From Sinorhizobium meliloti (GTDB lineage Bacteria > Pseudomonadota > Alphaproteobacteria > Rhizobiales > Rhizobiaceae): DNA of 32,000 bases. Location: positions 1,800,001-1,832,000 of the forward strand of contig NZ_JAGIOS010000001.1 of the NCBI RefSeq assembly GCF_017876815.1, written 5' to 3'. The notes beneath the pieces are model-generated. The model ran no database searches. It was not told where the DNA came from and worked only from the letters and a program-made list of their open reading frames with translations. The translations under genes and the position numbers were made by a program. The stretch's first letter is position 1. Each line of letters opens with the position of its first letter. Of this stretch, positions 25,809 to 32,000 are shown piece by piece.

Positions 25809-25872
25809 CAGTTGGACGGGCTTTCTTTTTTCATCATGAACTTATCCCGAAGCCGGGCGCCATCTTCCGGGA

Positions 25873-26973
25873 TCATGCCTGGACTTCGCACGCCTTGAAG
25901 GTGCGCTCGATCTTCTCGCGGTCGAGATCGCGGCCGATGAAGACGAGCCTGCTTTCGCGCTTCTCGCCGTCTTTCCACGGGCGCTGGTGATCGCCTTCGA
26001 TGATCATGTGAACGCCCTGGACGACATAACGCTCCGCATCGCCGGCAAAGGCGATGATGCCCTTGAGGCGCAGGATGTTCGGACCGTCGGTCTGGGTGAT
26101 CTTCTGGATCCAGGGGAAGAAACGATCCGGATTCATTTCGCCCCCGCGCAGCGAAATCGACTGCACCGTCACGTCATGGATCGGCGAGGGACCGTCGTGA
26201 TGGTGATGGTGATGGTGGTCGTGGTCGTGATCATGATCATGATCATGATGGTGGTGATCATGATGGTGGTGATCGTGGTCGCAATCGGGACCGCAAACGT
26301 GGTCGTGATCCTCCTGATCGAGGAAGTGGGGATCGTTTTCGAGCGCCCTGTCGAGATTGAAGGCCCCCTGGTCGAGCACCTTTCCGAGGTCGATCTCGGA
26401 GCGCTGCGTGCGATAGATACGGGCGGACGGATTGATGACGCGCACGGTCGCCTCGACGCGCTCGAGTTCCTCCGGCGTCACGAGGTCGGTCTTGTTGAGG
26501 AGCACCACGTCGGCGAAGGCGATCTGGTCCTCGGCCTCGCGGCTGTCCTTCAGACGCAGCGGCAGGTGCTTGGCGTCGACGAGCGCCACGACGGCGTCCA
26601 GTTCGGTCTTGGCGCGAACGTCGTCATCCATGAAGAAGGTCTGCGCGACCGGCACCGGGTCGGCAAGGCCGGTGGTCTCGACGATGATCGCGTCGAAGCG
26701 TCCGGGACGGCGCATCAGTCCTTCGACGACACGGATCAGGTCGCCTCGAACGGTGCAGCAGACGCAGCCGTTGTTCATCTCGTAGATTTCCTCGTCGGAC
26801 TCGACGATCAGGTCGTTATCGATGCCGATCTCGCCGAACTCGTTGACGATGACCGCATATTTGCGGCCATGATTCTCGCTGAGGATGCGGTTCAGAAGCG
26901 TCGTCTTGCCGGAGCCGAGATAGCCCGTGAGCACGGTGACGGGGATCGGCTTCTGCGCGGATGTTTCGGTCAT
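25873..26973 (-). CDS. COG0523 (CobW/ZigA/YeiR-type) G3E GTPase metallochaperone with a His/Asp-rich insertion
   Basis: 366 aa starting at the ATG at 26973. It has Walker A (GYLGSGKTTLLN), the CxCC motif (GCVCCT), ETTGLADP and NKTD. The insertion is DHDHVCGPDCDHDHHHHDHHHHDHDHDHDHDHHHHHHHD. The 573-aa track ORF extension overlaps the creatininase gene in another frame. Confidence 0.9.
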   Translation of the reverse strand: MTETSAQKPIPVTVLTGYLGSGKTTLLNRILSENHGRKYAVIVNEFGEIGIDNDLIVESDEEIYEMNNGCVCCTVRGDLIRVVEGLMRRPGRFDAIIVETTGLADPVPVAQTFFMDDDVRAKTELDAVVALVDAKHLPLRLKDSREAEDQIAFADVVLLNKTDLVTPEELERVEATVRVINPSARIYRTQRSEIDLGKVLDQGAFNLDRALENDPHFLDQEDHDHVCGPDCDHDHHHHDHHHHDHDHDHDHDHHHHHHHDGPSPIHDVTVQSISLRGGEMNPDRFFPWIQKITQTDGPNILRLKGIIAFAGDAERYVVQGVHMIIEGDHQRPWKDGEKRESRLVFIGRDLDREKIERTFKACEVQA

Positions 26974-27024
26974 GGGAACCTCGAGGGTTGGCGATGCGCC
27001 GCGGGCATCGATGGTTGGGTTCTC

Positions 27025-27052
27025 ATATAAGAGATGAGGTGGCGATGCGCAA
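27025..27052 (-). promoter_or_regulatory. candidate promoter for the COG0523 gene (minus strand TTGCGC-N16-TTATAT)
   Basis: The plus-strand sequence is ATATAA at 27025-30 and GCGCAA at 27047-52. The promoter is embedded between two TGGCGATGCGC direct repeats. Confidence 0.25.
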
Positions 27053-27089
27053 ATACAGACCTGTGTCGCGATCGACGGGGGAGAAAAAA

Positions 27090-27881
27090 TCAGTCGAGCT
27101 CGCCGGCATCGAAGGCGTTCACATCCTCGAGCAGCTCGATGATGCCTTTTGCCGCATGCGCAAGCAGCGCTTCGCCGCGCTCGGCGGTGGCGGCGGCGGC
27201 ATTGCCGGCGACGCCGTCCGGGTTCAGATCCGACATCTTCCAGCCGAAAGCGTGCGGGCCGTAAGCGCGCAGATGCTTGAAGGAAAGCGCGAATTCGCCC
27301 TGGCGCGAAGGGAAGGCGCGGGCCTTCGCCATATCCACCTTGTCCGGATGGAGCGCCAGCATGACCGAGGTCTCGATATCGCCGCCATGGATGTCGACCG
27401 CCTTGTCCTTGGCGCTGATCCAGCCATCCGGCTGTCCGAAGCGTGTCCAGCTCGTCGCCACGGCCAGCATCCTGAAGCGTATCCGCGCCTCCGTCGCTAC
27501 GATGGTCATCAGGGGCGAATTGCCGCCATGTGCGTTCAGCATCACGAACTTGCGGACGCCGAGTCCGGCGAGACTCTCGGCGATGCCGAGCCAACGTTCG
27601 ATCGCCTCGTCATAGGCGAGCGTGCGAGTGCCGGAAACATCCATGTGTTCGATCGAATAGCCGACCGGTTCGACAGGCAGGAAGGTCACGGGCAGTGCTT
27701 GGGGGAGTGCGGCGATGACGCGCTCGACGATGCCCGCCGCGATCAGCCGATCCGTTTCGAAGGGGAGATGCGGCCCGTGCTGTTCATGTGCGCCGAGCGG
27801 GAGCACCGCGATCCAGTCCCGCCGCTCGACGGGTTCGAGTGCGGCGGAATTGTCGGTCCATCGGGGCTTCGGCAACGACAT
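27090..27881 (-). CDS. creatininase-family metal-dependent amidohydrolase
   Basis: 263 aa. The metal-ligand motifs LPLGAHEQHGPHLP and NAHGGN, with IHGGDIETS, are typical of the creatinine amidohydrolase / FAPy deformylase / MftE family. Confidence 0.85.
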   Translation of the reverse strand: MSLPKPRWTDNSAALEPVERRDWIAVLPLGAHEQHGPHLPFETDRLIAAGIVERVIAALPQALPVTFLPVEPVGYSIEHMDVSGTRTLAYDEAIERWLGIAESLAGLGVRKFVMLNAHGGNSPLMTIVATEARIRFRMLAVATSWTRFGQPDGWISAKDKAVDIHGGDIETSVMLALHPDKVDMAKARAFPSRQGEFALSFKHLRAYGPHAFGWKMSDLNPDGVAGNAAAATAERGEALLAHAAKGIIELLEDVNAFDAGELD

Positions 27882-27994
27882 TTCTACTCGGCCCTCGGCG
27901 TGGTTTGTCGTAAAATCGTTATTTGAGTCATACAGTTCGTAAACTCAAGCCTTATTGCTATAAGTGTAGTGTAGGGGATTCGGCGGGAGGTCCA

Positions 27995-28498
27995 ATGGGC
28001 AAGAAGAGCAAAGCCGAAAGGAAGGGCAAGAACGGCAAGAAGAAGGACGAGATCGTCGCCGAGGCGAACGATCACGATCTTGCTTCGGTTCTCGTCCAGG
28101 CGGCCCGCTCGATGCGCACGGTGCTCTCTCGCAATCTCGTCGCAAGCGGCCTTTATGCCGGGCAGGACGGCGTCATGCTCGCCCTTGCCGAAACCGACGG
28201 GCTCACGGCCGGCGCGCTGGCGGGCAAGCTCGGGGTTAAGGCACCGACGATGACGCGCACGATCGGCCGCATGGAAGCGCAGGGCTTCCTCGAACGCCGG
28301 CCGGACAGGGACGATGCCCGGCTGACCAAGGTCTATCTGACAGAGCTCGGCCGTGATCGTCTGCAGATCATCGCGGAAGCGGGCCAGCATTCCGAGAAGC
28401 TCGCAACACGCGGTCTGACCGACAAGCAGGTGCGCACCCTCATGAAGCTCCTGCGCGCCGTCGACAGCAATCTGCAGGCCGCCAGAGCTGCGGATTGA
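27995..28498 (+). CDS. MarR-family transcriptional regulator with a Lys-rich N-terminal tail
   Basis: About 167 aa starting at the ATG at 27995, with GGGAGG upstream. The wHTH is LTAGALAGKLGVKAPTMTRTIGRMEAQGFLERRPDRDDARL and the tail is MGKKSKAERKGKNGKKKDE. The gene is divergent from the creatininase gene. An alternative start is 27923. Confidence 0.8.
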   Translation: MGKKSKAERKGKNGKKKDEIVAEANDHDLASVLVQAARSMRTVLSRNLVASGLYAGQDGVMLALAETDGLTAGALAGKLGVKAPTMTRTIGRMEAQGFLERRPDRDDARLTKVYLTELGRDRLQIIAEAGQHSEKLATRGLTDKQVRTLMKLLRAVDSNLQAARAAD

Positions 28499-28547
28499 GC
28501 CGGGGTTTGAGAACCGGGCGGCTTGAACTTCCCGATTGCAGCGATAA

Positions 28548-28573
28548 TTTAAACAGTTTAAAGGAATTTAAAC
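28548..28573. promoter_or_regulatory. AT-rich palindrome TTTAAACAGTTTAAA plus a third AATTTAAAC copy, candidate operator
   Basis: The 15-bp perfect palindrome is at 28548-28562. The AATTTAAAC direct repeat is at 28546-54 and 28565-73. The site is about 30 bp upstream of the LacI gene start. Confidence 0.4.
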
Positions 28574-28603
28574 TGGCTGACGGCAGCGACTGCAACGGGG
28601 GAT

Positions 28604-29629
28604 ATGGTGGCGCAAAAGGTCAAGCTTTCTACAATCGCGGAAACACTCGGCCTTTCGACGGCGACGGTATCCCTGGCATTGCGCGACAGCCCGCTGGTGG
28701 CGGCGGTCACACGCGACAAGATCAAGGAACAGGCGCGCGCACTCGGCTACATCTACAACCGCCGTGCCGCAAGTCTCAGGACGTCGCGCTCGGGCATCAT
28801 CGGTGTCGTCGTGCACGACATCATGAACCCGTTCTACGGTGAGATCCTCAAGGCGATCGAGGCTGAGCTCGATCGCGACAAGCAGACCTTCATTCTGTCC
28901 AACCACTACGATTCCGTCGAGAAGCAGCGCGATTTCATCGAGACGCTGCTGCAGCTCGGTGGCGACGGCGTGATCATGTCGCCCGCTATCGGCACGCCGC
29001 CGCAGGACATTCAGCTTGCCGAGGACAACGGCATGCCGGCGATCCTGATCGCCCGCTCGATCGAGGGGCTCGACGTCCCCATCTTCCGCGGCGACGACGC
29101 CTATGGCATTTCGCTGGCGACCAATCATCTCATCGGGCTCGGCCATCGCTGCATCGCGATGGTCGGGGGAACGGACCAGACCTCGACCGGCCGCGACCGC
29201 TACCAGGGCTACGTCAACGCGCTGCGCAAGGCGAATATCGAGGTCGACCCGGACCTGCGCATCCCGGGGCCGCGCTCCAAGCAGGGCGGTTTCGAGGCCG
29301 CGGTGCATCTCCTTTCGCTGCCGCAGAAGCCCACCGCGGTCGTCTGCTGGAACGATCTCGTCGCCATCGGCATGATGAACGGCATTGCACGCGCAGGCCT
29401 CGTGCCGGGCGTCGACATCTCCGTCACCGGCTACGACGATCTCGAGGAAGCGTCGATCGCGACGCCGGCGCTGACGACCGTCTGGAACGGCCAGGCGGAG
29501 GTGGGGCGCAGTGCGGCGCGCGCGCTCCTGGACAAGCTTTCCGGCAGCCATGAACCCGACGGCATCCATCTGATCAAGCCGGAAATGCGCATCCGCCAGT
29601 CGACCGGCCCGCTGCGCGTAACGGCTTGA
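28604..29629 (+). CDS. LacI-family transcriptional regulator
   Basis: 341 aa. The N-terminal HTH is VKLSTIAETLGLSTATVSLALRDSP and YIYNRRAASLR follows. The effector domain is of the periplasmic-binding-protein type. Confidence 0.9.
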   Translation: MVAQKVKLSTIAETLGLSTATVSLALRDSPLVAAVTRDKIKEQARALGYIYNRRAASLRTSRSGIIGVVVHDIMNPFYGEILKAIEAELDRDKQTFILSNHYDSVEKQRDFIETLLQLGGDGVIMSPAIGTPPQDIQLAEDNGMPAILIARSIEGLDVPIFRGDDAYGISLATNHLIGLGHRCIAMVGGTDQTSTGRDRYQGYVNALRKANIEVDPDLRIPGPRSKQGGFEAAVHLLSLPQKPTAVVCWNDLVAIGMMNGIARAGLVPGVDISVTGYDDLEEASIATPALTTVWNGQAEVGRSAARALLDKLSGSHEPDGIHLIKPEMRIRQSTGPLRVTA

Positions 29630-29702
29630 TCGATCCCTCCGAGTCTGAACAGGATGCGTGAGTGTTCGTCCGCATTCCCGCCATGTCCGGAAAGGAAACC
29701 CG

Positions 29703-30671
29703 ATGAGTCGTCCTAGAATTCTCGTGCCCGGGAAGATCAACCCGAGGGTCCTCGAACGATTGCCGGAAATGTTCGAGACCGTGCGCATCGAGCGCGCCGA
29801 TGCGGCCCTCGTGACAGCCGACATGCGCGACGTTTCCGGCATTGCCGTTTCGGGCAAGCTGCCGGTGCCGCTGATGGATGCATTCCCCAGCCTCGAGATC
29901 GTTGCGAATTTCGGCGTCGGCTACGACGGCGTCGATGTCTCGCGTGCAGCAGCCCGAGGGATTGTCGTCACCAATACGCCTGATGTCCTGACCGAGGAAG
30001 TCGCCGACACGGCCATCGGCCTCCTCCTCAACACGCTGCGCCTCCTGCCGCAGGCCGAGCAATGGCTGCGCCAAGGCCGCTGGGTGCGCGAGGGGGCCTT
30101 CCCGCTATCCCCGCTTTCGCTCCGCGGCCGTACGGTCGGGCTGTTCGGCCTCGGCCGGATCGGCCTCGCGATCGCACGGCGGCTCGAAGCCTTCGGCGTC
30201 TCGATCGCCTACCACACGCGCACGCCGCGCGAAGGCCTCGGCTTCACCTATCATCCGACCCTCGTGGGTATGGCCGAGGCCGTCGACACGCTCATTGTCA
30301 TCGTGCCCGGAACAGCGAGCACGCTGAAAGCGGTCAATGCCGATGTTCTTTCGGCGCTCGGCCCGAAGGGCGTGCTGATCAATGTGGGTCGCGGCTCGAC
30401 GGTGGACGAGGCGGCGCTTGTCACCGCACTTCAGAACGGCACCATTGCCGGCGCCGGCCTCGACGTCTTCGAGAACGAGCCCAATGTTCCCGAGGCGCTG
30501 CTTTCGTTTCCGAACGTCTCTCTGCTGCCGCATGTGGCGTCGGCCTCTGTCGTCACCCGCAACGCCATGTCCGATCTCGTCGTCGACAACCTGAAGGCAT
30601 GGTTCTCGACCGGTGAAGCTTTGACACCGGTGGCCGAGACGCCGTTCCGGCGTAGAGCGATCCAAAACTAA
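29703..30671 (+). CDS. D-isomer-specific 2-hydroxyacid dehydrogenase (glyoxylate/hydroxypyruvate reductase-like)
   Basis: 322 aa starting at the ATG at 29703, preceded by AAGGAA. It has the NAD motif GLFGLGRIGLAIARRL and the catalytic region INVGRGSTVDE...LDVFENEP...LPHVASAS. Confidence 0.88.
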   Translation: MSRPRILVPGKINPRVLERLPEMFETVRIERADAALVTADMRDVSGIAVSGKLPVPLMDAFPSLEIVANFGVGYDGVDVSRAAARGIVVTNTPDVLTEEVADTAIGLLLNTLRLLPQAEQWLRQGRWVREGAFPLSPLSLRGRTVGLFGLGRIGLAIARRLEAFGVSIAYHTRTPREGLGFTYHPTLVGMAEAVDTLIVIVPGTASTLKAVNADVLSALGPKGVLINVGRGSTVDEAALVTALQNGTIAGAGLDVFENEPNVPEALLSFPNVSLLPHVASASVVTRNAMSDLVVDNLKAWFSTGEALTPVAETPFRRRAIQN

Positions 30672-31423
30672 CTGGCCTTGCTCTCACAATAGGCGCGCGC
30701 GGCATCGCCGAAGGCCTTGAAGAGCGCGGCCGACGGGGCGTCGGTCCGGACCCAGTATTCGGGATGCCACTGCACGCCGACGGCGAAGGCCTTGGCGCCG
30801 ATGACCGAGACCGCCTCGATGGTCCCGTCGTCGGCCACGGCTTCGACCGCAAGGCGCGGAGCGGCGGCACCAATCGCCTGGCGATGCAGCGAATTGACCC
30901 TTACGCGGCCGGTGCCGAGGACCGGGGCCAGACAGCTTCCTTCCTTCACGACCACATCCTGGCGAATGCCATAGGCGACATCGAGATCCGGAACCTCCGG
31001 CTTGCGATGGTCCCAGATGCCGGGCTGCTCCTGGATCTCGCTCGCAAGCGTGCCGCCAAGCGCGACATTGAGCTCCTGTATGCCGCGGCAGATCGCGAAC
31101 AGGGGGACGCCGCGGTCGAGTGCGCGGCGGATCAGCGGCAGGCTGGTCGCATCGCGGCCCGGGTCGAAAGGCCCGTCCGCTTCGCTCGCCTCCCTGCCAT
31201 AGAGCGAAGGGTGGACGTTGGAGCGGGCGCCGCTGGCGAGCACGCCGTCGACGCGGTCGAGAATCTCGTCCACATCGTTCCCGGCCTCCAGAGCGGGAAC
31301 GAGAAACACCATCAGCCCGGCGCCCTCGACCGCCGCGCGGACATATTGGTGGGCGGCAACATGCCAGACATTGCCGTCGAATTCGCGGAAATCGCAGGGG
31401 ATGGCAACGACAGGTTTCGACAT
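30668..31423 (-). CDS. gamma-glutamyl-gamma-aminobutyrate hydrolase family protein (PuuD-like, peptidase C26, class I amidotransferase)
   Basis: 251 aa. The nucleophile elbow is FAICRGIQELNVALGG and the His motif is GVQWHPE. Confidence 0.85.
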   Translation of the reverse strand: MSKPVVAIPCDFREFDGNVWHVAAHQYVRAAVEGAGLMVFLVPALEAGNDVDEILDRVDGVLASGARSNVHPSLYGREASEADGPFDPGRDATSLPLIRRALDRGVPLFAICRGIQELNVALGGTLASEIQEQPGIWDHRKPEVPDLDVAYGIRQDVVVKEGSCLAPVLGTGRVRVNSLHRQAIGAAAPRLAVEAVADDGTIEAVSVIGAKAFAVGVQWHPEYWVRTDAPSAALFKAFGDAARAYCESKAS

Positions 31424-31644
31424 CGTCAGACTCCGGTTATTATCCGCTAAAGCCTTGCCGCCAGAACCCTCAAAAAGTCAACTGGGGGGAGCTCGGACAC
31501 CGTCGCCAGTCGGCGACTGTAACGTCGCGCATAGCACGGGGACACATATCCGAAACGCTGATACCGACAGGGGCCAATATCTGCCGGGGCAATCTTTCGT
31601 TAAGTCCTCGACCCTAACAATCCGGCAAACCGGAGCTTAGGTTC

Positions 31645-32000
31645 ATGACCCGCAATGAACGGGGCGCTCTTCCGGCAGACATCTATCTGTCGTTCGTAAG
31701 CTCGCTCTACCAGAATCGAGGGACGTTGGTGATCGGCATGCTATCGCATGTCGTGACCTTTCTGCTTGTCTTTCTGAAGACCTCCGACACGCTCTATCTC
31801 GGCTGCACCGTCGCGATCGTCGTCCTGTGGATCGTGCGCAATCTCGACATGATGCGCTTCGACCAGCTGGATCTGTCCGGGGCGGACTACGCGGCCATCA
31901 GAATGTGGGAGAACCGCTACATCGTCGGCGGCGTCGCCGTTACGCTGACCTGCGGCATCGCCTGCGGATATGCGATAGCGGTCACCCGGGACGTGTTTTC
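31645..32000 (+). CDS. integral membrane protein, N-terminal fragment (continues past the window end)
   Basis: The ATG at 31645 has GGAG 9 nt upstream. The frame stays open to base 32000 with GC3-rich codons. My own translation (MTRNERGALPADIYLSFVSSLYQNRGTLVIGMLSHVVTFLLVFL...) shows several hydrophobic helices. This ORF is absent from the track because it has no stop in the window. Confidence 0.5.
   Translation, partial: MTRNERGALPADIYLSFVSSLYQNRGTLVIGMLSHVVTFLLVFLKTSDTLYLGCTVAIVVLWIVRNLDMMRFDQLDLSGADYAAIRMWENRYIVGGVAVTLTCGIACGYAIAVTRDVF

Noticed and set aside
26194-26310. The tandem hexanucleotide repeats as a CRISPR or microsatellite locus.
   Set aside because: The repeats are in frame inside a well-supported CDS and simply encode His/Asp runs. 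There is no spacer-repeat organisation.
26974-27594. The N-terminal extension of the 573-aa ORF containing the COG0523 protein.
   Set aside because: The extension overlaps the creatininase gene out of frame and is Arg-rich. The GTPase fold starts at MTETSAQKPIPVTVLTGYLGSGKT (ATG at 26973).

Overview
High-GC alphaproteobacterial chromosomal DNA. The best fit is a Sinorhizobium/Ensifer-type rhizobium, inferred from a 1053-bp ISRm2011-2-like IS630 element, RIME-like nested palindromes and the gene content; this has not been checked against a database. I support about 31 protein genes. In order they are: a LacI-type regulator (5'-truncated by the window edge); xylB and xylA; a TIM-barrel sugar isomerase/epimerase and a Gfo/Idh/MocA oxidoreductase; a GH1 beta-glucosidase; metNIQ; one intact IS630-family element; trhO, CHAD and CYTH on the minus strand; eda; a DUF533/TerB-like protein; a GNAT plus a small membrane protein; vapBC; LysR, DUF1007 and a NicO-type metal transporter on the minus strand; a long leader followed by ornithine decarboxylase and a GNAT; a LysE exporter; an uncharacterised 148-aa protein; a WD40 protein, a His-rich COG0523 GTPase and a creatininase-family hydrolase on the minus strand, divergent from a MarR gene; a LacI regulator and a 2-hydroxyacid dehydrogenase; a PuuD-like amidotransferase; and a membrane protein truncated at the 3' edge. 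I recognised no rRNA gene, tRNA gene or CRISPR array. Most other long ORFs in the six-frame track are antisense or alternative-frame shadows typical of GC-rich DNA. I see no unambiguous, wholly new system. The most interesting candidates are: (i) the creatininase / His-rich COG0523 / WD40 cluster with its divergent MarR gene; (ii) the LysR-DUF1007-NicO metal module, which has no recognisable Zur, NikR or B12 control element; (iii) a family of 45-49-bp miniature elements built from IS630-type terminal repeats; (iv) the roughly 580-bp leader upstream of ornithine decarboxylase, which is the expected location of the alphaproteobacterial speF RNA motif; and (v) an uncharacterised protein with a strong promoter and a long 5' UTR.
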